A stretch of DNA of 64,000 nt from Ascidiella aspersa (lineage: Eukaryota): the NCBI GenBank assembly GCA_963924565.1, contig OZ004610.1, positions 25,792,001-25,856,000 on the forward strand, in the 5' to 3' direction. Of this stretch, positions 25,371-38,336 are shown piece by piece (the first letter of the stretch is position 1; each line of letters opens with the position of its first letter). The position numbers and the translations under genes were made by a program. The notes beneath the pieces were generated by a model. The model did no database searches. It was given only the letters and a program-made list of their open reading frames with translations, and was not told where the DNA came from.

Positions 25371-27988
25371 CTATACATTAATATTGGTATCGCATTGACA
25401 CCGATATTTTCTTAATATCGGATGAGTAACGATACTGCGACTTGGCGTCGGATATCGGCTCCGATCCGATAGTATCGGACAACCATAACGCGGATGACGT
25501 CATACATGTCGCAGCTGCGTATTTGTATTTAACGGGAGAGTAAACGCGTAGCTCAAACAATTAGACCTAGAAGCTAAGCTACCAATATTTTCCACCTACT
25601 TATATTAAAAGAAAATTCCCTATCAATTTTAAAATATGTAAGATATAGCTTTAAAAAATCGTCAACCATTTAAATCGCTACCCATACGAACTACTTACTT
25701 TTTAAAGAGTCATTTTTAAATCATGTATTTCCCAATTAAGCCATTTGGAAAATAATTTAAGTCCTTGTCAAGGCATGTTTCATTTCAAGGTATTGTTATA
25801 TACTATACAGTCAAGATTAAGTCAGGTGATTAACATCAAAGTGAAATGTGAAATCATTTAAACTCGAACATTTTTTTAGACCGAAACGATATTTTGATGG
25901 GAAAATAAAACAAAAGCGTAACATTTGTTGAGCAAGCTGTAATACAAACCGAATTTCGGTAAAAATGTCCAATTTATTTAAAAACACCTGCATCCAAGTC
26001 AAGTCTTTAGGCCCACCGACTTAAGGTAAAGTCAATTGTGTTCTCCACAGCATTTAATTCGAGTCAAGTCAACTTGCCCAAAAGACTTAAGTCGATTCAA
26101 GTCATTTATCGCAAAAGACTTCAAATCGAGACATTTTAAAACAGTGACTTAAACCCATTGACTTAAGTCAAAAAATTACTTCTTAATTTACACTAGCTTT
26201 CAATAAATTCTAATCCTTTTAATATTCTATATGATTCTGTTTGGCTACTATAATTTATCATTAAATAAATAAAATATGCTATGGGGACCCCATACTACAT
26301 TTCCTTATAGACTCTTAGGGGCCAACGGATGCCAGTTTAACTACCACTGTTCAGTCTATACTAAGACGACGAAAGCAAACCTCAAATCTTGAATTTTTGT
26401 TGTTCTACGGCGCCCGGGCGTGAAAAAAAGAGAGCCCAGGTCGTCCTTGGTGATCAAGGCCTTCGTTTATGACGGAGGGTACCTGAACAAGCAAAGCTGG
26501 CCGAGTGTTTTTCTAGAGTCGCGTCAAGTGCGGCTTGCGAGCAGACTTGGACAACTATATAGGGGGTCTAGTTGCCTTTTACGACGAATTGGAGCAGTTG
26601 CGGCCAATTTTTTTCGTGTGCATTTTTTTCTGGTCGTTTATTTGCGATTTACAGACACTGCAACCTAACCGCTTTTTTATTTTAAACGAGGTTTGTAACG
26701 GTGTAGTCTGAGTTCATAGCCTAAATCGTGGGTTGTCAATCTACTGCCCGCCCACATTTTTACAAAAGCGCAGAGGTCACAACCTTTATCGTATATGCTA
26801 AAAATTTCGCGCTTTGCACAAATTTGATTTTGCGTTTACTATAATCGCGTTTTCAGGAAAAAAATTAGCCTTCATGTGGTGTGCATCGTCTTGAACAACT
26901 ATACCAACAATGGAAGTTTGGCAAACCTCGTATATCTGAAAGCATTTCATTGCGTCTTGTAAGAATGAACATAACATCGAGGGTTTAACGACCTTATTGA
27001 AATTACAATGTTTGGCGTCGTATGAAGTTTTTTTCACTGTTTCATTGTTATTATGATTGACGCCATTACTCAAAACCTAAATCATACCAACGCAATTTTT
27101 TACTTGCCTTATTTTTAAATATAACGAGACCAATTCCCAATTGCAAAACAATTCTTGGTCCGGTATTGATTAACAGATTAAGAGAATAACAGTATTACCA
27201 GAAACCAGAGTTTGAAATAGTGATAAGGTTGCCACATTCTAAAAAAACAACCCCAGTTAAAACTCATACTTCTGGTAAAAAATGACTTTTGTGGCTAATC
27301 AGCAAAACAATACACCTTCGGTCTCAGACGAATTCCGCAAAATTTAAAATTCAAGATTCGTGCCTACAATAACCAAACATAGAAATGATAAAATCATAAA
27401 CAACAAACGAATGCCATTAGGTAGGCCATTTAATTCCATCTAACAACATCCATAACTGGAAAGTCTGTTCGTTTTTTAAGTGCAGCTTTTATCTAAATTG
27501 ATATTGTAAATAAGGTAAAGGTAATTCTATATCTCATAGTTAAAACTACGACATCAACAATGCGTTTCGTGCAAGTTTTGAGTTTTACATTTAGGTTAGT
27601 TTGTTCTGTCCTCTGTGCCATACAAAATAAACCCAAGATACCACCACAAGCACTTTCACGAAAAAATATTTTCACACAAAAATAAAACGCAATGCGATGT
27701 TAAGGCTCGTAAAATAGCGAACTCAATAAAAGCAATCTTTAGTTGTTTAGTAAATTAACATTGCACCACGGGTTTAAAACATAACACGTTGGCCACAGGG
27801 CAACCATAAATGATTATAAGTGCGGCAGTAATGGAGTACATATTTTAAAAAAAGTATCGCTTATATGATCAATGGGCACAAAAATCGTCTGTTTGGCAAA
27901 ACATGAAAACACTTATTGACAAAACACTTAGTTGTATCTTAAAAAAGCGTTTGACTAAAAATGTCCGCTTTCGGCAATTTACCTAAAC

Positions 27989-28613
27989 CAGATGTCGGCA
28001 ACCCCTGACACGCGTGCCACTTGTGGCAGGCAAGATGATTTAACTCGCACGTTATATCACCTTGAGAAAGTGCAATTATTACATCACTACCATATTATAA
28101 CATTAATATTACATCACTAACACTAGCGCTAACTAAATGGTTGCCCACATTACAAGTTCGATCTCCGGTGTTTATGTCACAATTTGGTGTCTTAACTGTT
28201 GCACTTAAAATTATTTTTTGTGGACGTTAAACTTGGTGTTTCCGGCTAACCGTTCGTATTACGGTCACAAGACCCAAAGTGGCGTGATTTTTACTGCGTT
28301 CTACATTAAAAGTAAGCACGTGTGTTTTTGTGCGACTGAGAAAACAAGCTAAAAGTCGAAACAATAGTTTCTAGGCATATCGGCTAAAAAGCGTCGAAGT
28401 ATATTTAAACACAGCATTGTGTTTGTGACAGTTCGTTTTTTAAGCAGGGTTAGGGTATCCATACAGAATTTAACTTCTGAAATTTGGTTTATTGGGGTCT
28501 GCAAGATACGTAAATTAGATGTCAGATCACAGCATTGTTTGGCACGCGAGTTGTTGATATTTTAACATTATTGATAAACTGGCGCACTGCATACGAAAGG
28601 TTGCCGACCCCTG
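27989..28613. mobile_element. hAT MITE downstream of the claudin-like stop codon
   Basis: CAGATGTCGGCAACC / GGTTGCCGACCCCTG; perfect TSD ACCTAAAC. Confidence 0.9.
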
Positions 28614-28984
28614 ACCTAAACCATTTTCACTATTGATAAAGCAACCTAAACTATTTTCACTATTGATTGTAAAATAGATTCAACCTTTTTGTTATTGGTG
28701 CATTTTTATAAGGCAAACAAATGAGCCGCGAGGGAGAGCTATACCGGAATTGCATCGTCAGCAGTCCAGGGAAAGCCCCATAACGCGAACGTTTTGGGTG
28801 CGACCCGTTTTCAAGAAAATCAATTAACTGTAAAAAGTATATATTTACCCATTGCAAAGGCGAAAACTCGTGCAAGGCGCAAAATAGGGTGTTGCGAGGC
28901 CCTGCAACACCCAATTGGTGACTCCGACGCATCCCATAACGCCACGTAATGCGAAACAGGAAAAAACAAAGCCTGAAATGCCGG

Positions 28985-31900
28985 CTAGATCGGCACGTCA
29001 AACTGGCGACTGGGCGTCGGCTTGCGCGCTAGTATGTCAAACCATGATTTAAGCATGAACAGGCAAGTAAGCGCGCTAAGAGCGGATCCAGCCCAGCCCA
29101 GTCCGAACGACCAGCTGTAGCCGAAAGTCATGAGCGCAGTCACCGTATCACCAAACTCTGTGGCGTTCATCGTGCGCTGTAGTTTAGAGGTCTCCGACAC
29201 CTCAACTTGCAGGCCTAGGTGGAAGCGGGACAGCTCATCAACCCAATCGGAACTGGTCCTGCTCTTGGCCTCGTACAACCGTGGGTTTTGCACCAGACCG
29301 GTCTGCGTCGCCGTGTAAGTTATCATTCCGGCCAGCATGAGAACGCCTGTCGAACAAAACAAAAGGTTGGTTTTGTTGCCACTACGGTAATTACTGTTGT
29401 GTTAAACCATTTCCAATAAAATGGCCGTATACAGGTTAAACCATGTACAGTACTGAAAGTTGAAAACAAAGTCCGACTCTACCACTTGTGTGCCATACCC
29501 TGGATAAAAGTTATTTTTTAAAACACAATTACTAATAGGAAAGGAGATGATTTTTCGAACATAAAAGAGCAATTGTCATATAAAAAAAAAAAAAAAAAAA
29601 ACAATTTTGACTTATAAATACTTATTTTAAAATATCACAATACGTTGCGTCCGCTTGGCTAAGTTTTACATATGGTTATTAGCGAAACAACTGTCATTGA
29701 TAAATTTAAAATGTCAGTTTATAAAATAAAATAAAAAGAAGGGGTAAAAGTGGAAAATTTTTCTTTGCTTGGACAAATATTTTACCGTAACGCATAATTT
29801 TTTTTACAAATGACGCCATAAAGTCACATAATCCCTGGTTGTCTACAACAAGCACCTTATAGTATTGGGGTTATCGTTCGATGTAAGGCACTATTCTTTA
29901 ACTCAAATCTCACTTTCAACCCATTCAAGAAGATGGCTGGATGCCTGTTAAAAACAGGACACAGTATGGTAAAAAATAACACTTTAGTTTACCAGGGTAT
30001 ACCTAAAGGTAAACCTAAGGTTACTTCTTTATAACGCTAAGATGTATCTTGTGACGTAACGTTTCGACGTTTACGTTTTGACGTCATTTCCGATGAAAAT
30101 CATGTCCCTCACCAAAATTAAAATCCTGCATTCGCGCTTGACCCTTACCTTGGCCCCCCACTATACTTACAAGCGGCAAGATAGCAGCTACAACCCGTCA
30201 CAATGGCCAGTAGGCAGCCCTTGGACACTTGGCCCTGGTTGCTTAGAGCAGGATAGATGGTCAGACCAACGGCGATGGCAAGCAAGGCCAGGGCTCCGAT
30301 GAGGATTCCAGTAACGCAGTCAGAGTAGAAATCACCTGCGATGCAAAACAAACGTTTTCCATGCCAAATACTGCCAAAAGTTTTCTTCGGTGTGACCGTG
30401 CTTGGAAACAAGAGTGCCGTTTTTTGTAAGTAATATGCTGTAAATTGTCTATTTTTAGGTACACATGCGCGGAAGGATCTGTAATGTAGCGTAATAATCA
30501 TCAATGTCGAAGCCAAACAGGTGGTTTCAACCACCATCGATGACGCCAAGGGAATTCTTGGCAAGCCTCTCCTGGTGCTTGCAATATGCGGAGGAACAGC
30601 AGCGGGAGGCATTCTCATTATGCTAAGTGCCTGTTACGCGTGGAGACACTTTCGTGCTATAGGAACAATACTGCATATTTACGCGGAATGCCAAGTTTAA
30701 AGTGATTTTTTTTAGGAGGGAGGGAGGGAGGGATGTTACGTGCTTAATTAGCACTACAAAATTATCACCGGTAGCTAATTATGCCGACTGTAAATTCTAA
30801 GATTCATTTCTACAAATCTTACGATCGTTTATCGCTTGTGTCACGCAATGGTTTAACTTCTCACGAAAAGGTCCACCCATTGTAATCTTTCCACGAAACG
30901 GATGCCCTGTAAGTTAGGCCTCGGGTTCTCGGGAGCGCGTCGGTTCCCGTGAGAGAGAGTTTTTGTTTAGCGTATATTATGAGCGACCAGCCGCCTAGAG
31001 AGTAGTAGACGTTTGGGTGTAGCCTTGTGAAATTAGCGAGTAAAACTTTAGGTGTTATATGCTCTGTCATTCGGTTGCTTGTAAGTAATTGTGTGTGAAT
31101 AATTGTCATTATTGTTTGTGGTGTGGTTATATTCTACTCTTTAATATAAACTCTCTTTGGTAAGTTATTTAATTAAGGACTCACTAGCGGTTTTAACAGA
31201 AGGCCTAGGTAATTTTCTTAAATTACTAGTTAAACTCGTAACATTGCGATACAAAAACATTTTACCGATGATGATATCATGATACAAGTGCGTATTGAAA
31301 CGTCTTCATCAAGATTATGTCGAATTATTACTCGACCTATTTGGCTTTGAAATTTATTATTGCCTATTTTTAGTTCGTGTTTTCAACTTTTACTCGGTTG
31401 GTGTCGGCGTCGATACCAAATTAATTAGTACAATTTAGCCATAATTGCCATCCAACGCAACATTTTTAATACTTCATTTTTATTTTTAGATAAAAGTGAC
31501 TTAATAATCGAAAGTTAAGAATACAATTTTCACAGTTTCACAATGTGGACATATTCCGATATTGCACGTATTGATTCCAAAAATTTCGTTATTTTGCTGC
31601 AGTAATTTCGGCGGTGATTTTTGGCTAACCGTCGGGTATTTACATCGAAATAAAATACGAAGTATCGTGCATCCCATTTTTAACGGAAAGCAGATTTTAG
31701 CACCAAAACTCGGGACACAGCAAAAAAAATCGGAATGTTAGATTACCCTAACATCTCTGTCGACGTTAGTCCAAGCACAACTCAAATCACGAAAGACCTT
31801 GTAGACTTCCCTATTGGTCCTAGCTCGGAGTGTCCAAAAATATCGGATCGGTGCCGATACCTCATATCAAGTGGCAGTATCTCTACTTGTCCGATGCTAT

Positions 31901-34900
31901 GGTGGTATCTGCGCAAATCCGATACTAAATTAATGCAAGAATTTCAGCCATGATTTGCAAATCAACGCAGCAATTTTAATGTGAAAGGTAACCTTTTAAA
32001 AAAGTAGGTTAGCAACTGGATATAACTAAACGTCTTAACGCTAAAGCAAGTTTTGTCCTAATAAGTTGAAAAAAAATGGCCTTTTAACTTTTCAACTTTG
32101 TATATTTTGATGGCTTAAGGCAAAATACCGATATCTGGTATCGAATCGGATCACGATACTTTCTGTCCAAAAATATCGGGTATCGCTATCGGAATAAAAT
32201 GTCAAGCATCGGACATCCCGCGTCATAACATACCTGAGACGTCTCCTACGATCGTGGCAAAATCGCCGAAGTAGTACTGAAAGTTAAAAAGGCCCCGGCT
32301 CGAGCAAAAGCCGCCGGCCGACCAGGCCTTGTCAACCGATGACGTCACCTCGGCGTCCGTAGCCGACGTGAAGATTTTCATGAAGCCGGCCATGCCATCA
32401 CGTTTGGCACATCCCTGTAAAACGCCGGAGAGGGGTTTTTAGTGTGTGTCAGTGTATTTCGAAAACAACATAAGTCCAAGTTAGGTCACTTTCAACAAAT
32501 TGCAAGTCAAGTCACTAGTGAGTAGTGACGCAAGTCAACTTCAGATCACAGCAAGATGTTTTACGTGCTTAGCCGTTGGGTATTTAGTCGTTCCAGGTAA
32601 AAAAAATAAAGTTTACGTTTGTTAGTGATTCTCGATCGATGCATATCACGAAATGTCATTAAATTGAAGCCGATTAGGTTAGCGTTTATTTACTAAAGCA
32701 TCCCGAAAATGATGCGGCGCCGGCAGTTTTGCTTAAGTCGCAAGATTACAAATATCAACCCCGCTGTGCGATTCTTTGTAAATTTTCAAAACAGTTTGTT
32801 AATCGTGCTTGATTTTTGTAAAATAGATTTTGTCGGATTATACTAAGTTCCTAAGTAAGGTTGATCGCTGTTCAGTAACAACTGTAAAACTAAAGACAAT
32901 TATGTTTGTTAAATGCTTTCAGTTTGTAGGCTATAGAAGCGCAGCTGAACTACGGGCTTTATATTGCCGTACAGTAAGTTTAAACACTGCGACAGAATCG
33001 GTGTTTGGTAAGGTATACCGTTTTTTTGGTAAATTGCTGTTGTTTTACTAAAGTTGCGAGATTAGTTAAACCTAATACTATTGCTGCTTTCACAAGGGCC
33101 GCATCCTACTTTAATTGTGAGAAAGTATTTTACTCGACCCAGCCCTCTTCTCCCACGCAAAATCCGGGCATTGCCCGAATGCACATGATATATCTCGCGC
33201 TTATTGCAAACGGCTGCATATTATTTTTCCAAGTTAATACCCTATTTAACCTGGACAACGCCGGGTATTTCGTCTACTATAATATATATATATATTTTTT
33301 TTTTTGCCATTTGTGTAAAGGACTTAAGGCTAAGTCAAGTCATTTGTTTAAATGACCTAGGTCAAGTCAAGTAAGTTTACCCAAAAGACTAAGTAAGTCA
33401 TTTAAAAACAGTGACTTTGGTGAAGTTGAGTCGAGACATTGACGTAAGTAACACTGGTGTGTGTTATTAACTAAGAGCTTATAGCAGGGTTGTAATGACT
33501 TAAGTCATTGACCTGATTTGCATAAACTTGACTTGATGTTTTGCTTTAACAAACTTGTAAAAGTAGAAAAAGTAAGGTTTCCTAACAAGTGTAATTTACT
33601 AAACAAGAAAATCGAGATAAAAACGTAAAGCTTGTTTGTACATAAAAAATCAAGCTTAAAATAAATCACAATTCATATTGAATTGCACGGCAGGCCGGAC
33701 GCAACCCGCGGACCGTAGCTCTACCGTGTTTAGCATTATCTGTGTATGGTCAAAGCTCTTCGCCGAATTGCATAAACAAATTTTCTATGCAGTTATATCA
33801 ACAAAAAACACACACTGAGTAAGAAAAAAACTTGACACCAAGGCAGGATAGAATACAGCGAGTGGCATATTTTCAGGGAAATTACAAAAGCTAGCACGCT
33901 TGATCAGGCTTTTGGTCCGAATAACAATTGGAGCTTGACGCTTCTAGGTTTTCGAAACGTGCATTGGCGAACACACCGCGGTAATAAGCCGCAACTAATT
34001 GTATAACAGTGCTCGAAATAGTATGAATTTCAAAGGCCAAATCGAAGTAGGTTGCATATTTTATATGTTTCGAATATGCTACCTACTTCTGTATGGGTTT
34101 CGAAATTATTTCTAGTGCTCGGAATGTTTTGCTACTATGTGGCTCTGAACATTTAACTATAATATAGGAAATGAAAGTGACGCGTTTTGATAAATCAGTG
34201 CTTTGCGCGTTTGTAGCATGTTTCCTGCAAACACGTTTTTTTCTGAAAAAAAGACACGCTTTGCCACTACTGCCTATAGTTGTTCCTTAACGTTTTTCAC
34301 ACAACACTTGAATTTAAGGAGTGCAATGTTTATTTTTCATTAAAAAAAAAAGTCCTTGGGTCTGTGTACCCATAGGATAACCCCACTAAAGTATATCTTT
34401 AGAATACGCAAGTTTCGGTAGTCCGCAGTGTTGTAAACAAGTCATTTTGAGAATACTCAAGTTCCAATCTGGTCTTTTGCAAACTAACTTTGAGTCAAAA
34501 AATTAAGTTGTCAAATTTATTAGCCTTTCAAGAACATTTATTTAGCCTTTTCAACAACAAAAAATTCAGAAAAGTTTGAGCTAATTTAACGACATTTTTT
34601 TTAATGAAAACATTTATGACCAAGTCAAGTCAATCTACAAGAAAGAAGTAATTTCCCCGAAAGACTGAAGTCAAGTTAATTCATTTCAAAAGATGGACTT
34701 AAGTGCAAAAAGTCCTTGACTCAAGTCTTTAAAGCAGTCGTAGTACGTGACTAGCTCCGTAGCATTTTGTAGCGTAAACTTAACCGCGTTTTCTTTACTT
34801 CGTCGGCACCGCAAATACGAAAACCAAACAAGGCAAAACGAACAATTACCTCAATCCAGTGATTTGTTGCAAGTGCAATGATGCACAAGACAGATGCCAT

Positions 34901-34942
34901 CAGCGCCATTGCAATGGCTGAAATCTGAAGACTGTGTGCCAT
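28985..34942 (-). CDS. PMP22/EMP/claudin-superfamily four-TM protein, 4 exons, 266 aa
   Basis: Exons 34942-34850, 32414-32234, 30335-30171 and 29346-28985 (801 nt, phases 0/1/1). TM1 followed by ATNHW, an SRGLF variant of GLW, and FGYSWSFGLGW before TM4. A likely 66-nt 5'UTR intron spans 35020-34955. Confidence 0.88.
30485..30700 (+). pseudogene. C-terminal fragment of an env-like (TM-anchored) retroelement ORF
   Basis: 71 stop-free codons without a start codon at the 5' end: CSVIIINVEAKQVVSTTIDDAKGILGKPLLVLAICGGTAAGGILIMLSACYAWRHFRAIGTILHIYAECQV*. The stop lies 13 nt before the PPT. Confidence 0.5.
30734..31198 (+). mobile_element. LTR (465 bp), the 3' LTR of a truncated retroelement in claudin-like intron 2
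   Basis: TGTTA...TAACA inverted ends, immediately preceded by a 20-nt polypurine tract (30714-30733). Internal TATA-like TATATTAT at about 30973 and AATATAAA at about 31143. No TSD across the LTR, so it is not a solo LTR. Confidence 0.75.
32450..33456. mobile_element. AAGTCA-rich MITE family member
   Basis: CAGTGT...AACACTG ends, TSD GTGTGTGT, many (TC)AAGTC(A) subrepeats. Relatives at about 4900-5330, 8800-9200, 25810-26170, 34426-34739, 37350-37435, 43466-43906 and 49790-49945. Confidence 0.8.
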
Positions 34943-36290
34943 GATTGAGTGCCGCTACAAGTTAAAAAAGCTGTACCGTGCTGAAACGGTACTAAGGAAA
35001 TCCTGTTGAAGAACACTCACATATCCAAGATAAAATTTCTAGGGGATCACCACTAAATCTTTTTCCTGTGATGTAAAGCAAATTCAAACGTTAACTAACT
35101 CATTAAAACAGTTTTCCATGCCAAAAAATAGTGTAAACTAAAAGCCTTTTAAGTCTTTAAATTTAAAACATCTGTGCATTGCGCCCTTTTCCTTTGCTTA
35201 AAACTGTCCTGTCCTGTTTGTGTCCATTTAATAACGAGACCTTGATAACACCTAATCTGCACACATAAGCAGTATTACAGAACCACGACAATCAGTCTAG
35301 CGCACTACATACGGCCCTCGACCCTCTTTTACAGTACAATCGTTTCGCTGCCCGAGTTGCGACCGCGGGCCTTCAGGCGAAATGTTATCTATGCGTTCAT
35401 CGCAAAGGAATCCGTACGAAACACGCTTAACGGGTCTTTCGGACGCGTACGCGCGCGATAAGGCCACGTTAATATGCTTGTCGGCAGCCACCCAGCCAGC
35501 CAACGGGAGAAACAGCGGGTCGGTTATGTGGACTGTCAAAGCAAATCGACTGGCCGTAAGTCGCGGAAAACAGCCGTGACCTCCCCAAATGCCGCGCGCG
35601 CGTATAAGGCGATAGAGCTGATAACCTTCGTCGGCCTCTGCGAGAATCGCACTTCTTGGATGTATGCGGCTATATGCCCATGGCAGTGATTTTTAACCGT
35701 TGTACCGCGAAACAGTAGTGTTCCGTCAATGATCGTTTTTCCGCGAGAAATTTGTTTTTTGATTTATGTGCCTTTGAACTACAATCGAAAATAAATGGTT
35801 AAATTATACACCAGACGTAAGTATTTTCTCAATACTGATTAGTAGGGCGATTATGTTTTGACCTAAATATTAAAATTTTGACAAATTTTGACCTAAAAAT
35901 AATGTATTTTGATTAAAAAGTTTGACCTGTTAGAAATACATTGATTTTAATAACCTATTGTTTTTTGCACTGCATTAGTAGCGTCTTGGCGTCGTCAACC
36001 GCACGTTTTTGGTGTTTTACTGACTACCGGTCAAACACAAATCAGTTATTTTTTCCGGTTTATACAAAACTTATGAAAATATTTAGTTGATATTTTTTGT
36101 CATTTCAAAAAGACAAACAACTATAAAAATGCCAAAGAAAACAAGACGCTGATGTTTATTTTAGAAATATGTGGTGTAAACAGTTAAAATGAAACGTAAA
36201 AATAATTGCAGAAAATTAACTAAATCTAGTTATCAAAGTACGAAATGGGATATTTGCAAATCACAAGCGAAAAAAGACAGCAAATAGGCC

Positions 36291-36527
36291 CAGAGGCGTA
36301 GCCAGGGTATTTTGCGCCCGGGGGCAAACTATAAAATTGGCGCCCCTCCTCCATGTTTAATCACATTTTCTATTACATTTACATAATAAACCTTACTTTA
36401 TGCGAAAAAAACGATTAAAATCTTAATGCAGACTTATTTTGGCTTTTGAAAGCGTCATTTTGGCGCCCCTGCACCTTGGCGCCCAGGGGCATATGTACCC
36501 CACCGCACCCCCCTAGCTACGCCTCTG
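36291..36527. mobile_element. hAT (Tip100-like) MITE
   Basis: TIR CAGAGGCGTAGC / GCTACGCCTCTG; perfect TSD AATAGGCC; GCGCCC subrepeats. Confidence 0.92.
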
Positions 36528-37442
36528 AATAGGCCTACTACCTAACATGTAAATTTTTACATTTTTTGACAAGTCAAAAGATAATCACCCTACTGATTAG
36601 TAATTGCCTAATATCACTAGTATAAATGTTTCATCGTAGTTTGTTTTCACTTATTGACGTTATTTGACCAAGAACAGCTAACAGGATTGTAATCGCGAAT
36701 TAAAGCTTAACATAGCCAAAACTATACGGCAATACAATCGGTGAAAAACACAATATTGTCAGTTGTCAAATGGGTAGAATGCATTCTTTGTCTTACATGC
36801 TTGCCTGAATGTACTTTGTAAAGCAAATAAGTTACAGACAGAACGGTATTTAAGTTTTACTCACAGTAAGTATGACGGGTTTAAGAAATAAAAAATTAAT
36901 TGTGGTTGCGTATTAAAGGCGTTGGTTTTATTTAACGGTTCCTAATTTATTTAAAAACGTTAACCCAGAAAACATATTTTTGGATTTTAACTTTCACTTT
37001 ACAAAGTAAAAAAAGTATATCCTGCTAACAAATAATGAATATTCTTTACTATAACGTATTGACTTTGATTCAAATATAAAAGGAAACATTTAACAATTAA
37101 AAATACCAATACTACATTTTTAGGGGTGACAAATTTGCTCGTAATTTTGCCAGAATTACCTCGTTAGAATTGTCAATTGTTTCCTTTTGGAACAAATTGT
37201 CAATTGTTTTGCTTTTTAAATCGTTTCCTCAACCGGTTTTGGCCGTGAAACATTGCATCAGCATTCTAACACTATGCATATAGAAATTATTGAGTATATT
37301 TACCTTTAGATTCCTATTATTTTGACTGTCATGATTTAATGGGAGTTGCGAGACTTAAGTCAAGCCAAGCTACTTCAAAAGAGCTTAAGTCACCTAAGTC
37401 AAGTCAATGACTTTTCAAATGACATTACAACACTATTAGTTG

Positions 37443-38336
37443 CAGTGACGTGCGGTGAGGTTGCTAGATGGTGAGGCACCACATTTTTCGAGTCACTTTT
37501 TTCCTAAACAACCACAAAAACGGTATCGTACTAATAACAATTAAAAAAAAATCAAAAACTATTCAGAGAGCAAAAACAAAATGATTAAAGAGTAGTAAAA
37601 CTACATTAATATAGAAAACGTAATACTGACTACATCTTTTATGACGTAACAGTGCACGACATTTAATAGCGTGGCAATCCTGTTATCGACTGTTGTGGCA
37701 CTGCTCATAAAAGCTACAAAACAAATTATTATTAAGAGTACAATATTTGTAAAGTTTTGTGTGGCCATGGCCCCCCTGGCTACGCCTATTACAGCCACAC
37801 ATCCACTCCTTTTTTACCAATCTCTTTGAAAGTTGCATGTTATTTTTTTTTGTCCAGTCGTCTGATGCAAAAGTTTGAAATTTGCAACAGGTCTGCCTTT
37901 AATTATGACTTCAACTTGATTTACACTACAAGAAGTCAATGTACATTGTACACGTACTATGCGGGCATTCAAGCTGGACGAAGAAAGGTTTTATAGCTGG
38001 GACGTTACAATTGAGGCATGCCTCAAATCATAGCTAAATCGTTCATCATGTTTTCCGAGAGAATTTGCGAAAGAAAAAGGCACGCATAATGCAGTGTTTA
38101 GCACTTCTGTGATCTGAAGAGAGGCACTGCTTGGCGCTGCCTCACTTAGCGTATTTCAACGATTTTGACCGCGTGAACGCTTGATATGAATAACGCAACA
38201 GAAATATAAGAAAAAAATAAAGCACGATTTAGGTATACAAACGTAGATTTAACTTTTGCTTAATATATATTTTGCTTTGCCAGCTGTTGACAGGTGAGGC
38301 AGTGCCTCACCTGCCTCCCCTGACTGCACGTCCCTG
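37443..38336. mobile_element. hAT (Tip100-like) non-autonomous element
   Basis: CAGTGACGTGC / GCACGTCCCTG; perfect TSD ATTAGTTG; GTGAGG subrepeats. Confidence 0.9.

Noticed and set aside
30050-30095. Hammerhead on the minus strand (GACGT...ACGTC-GAAACGTT)
   Set aside because: The CUGANGA box is missing; at most a decayed remnant.
30865-30994. Extra claudin-like exon (ORF 30861-31109, with AG and GT ends)
   Set aside because: Its 130 nt would shift the frame; exon 2 splices in phase directly to 30335; the segment lies within the LTR.
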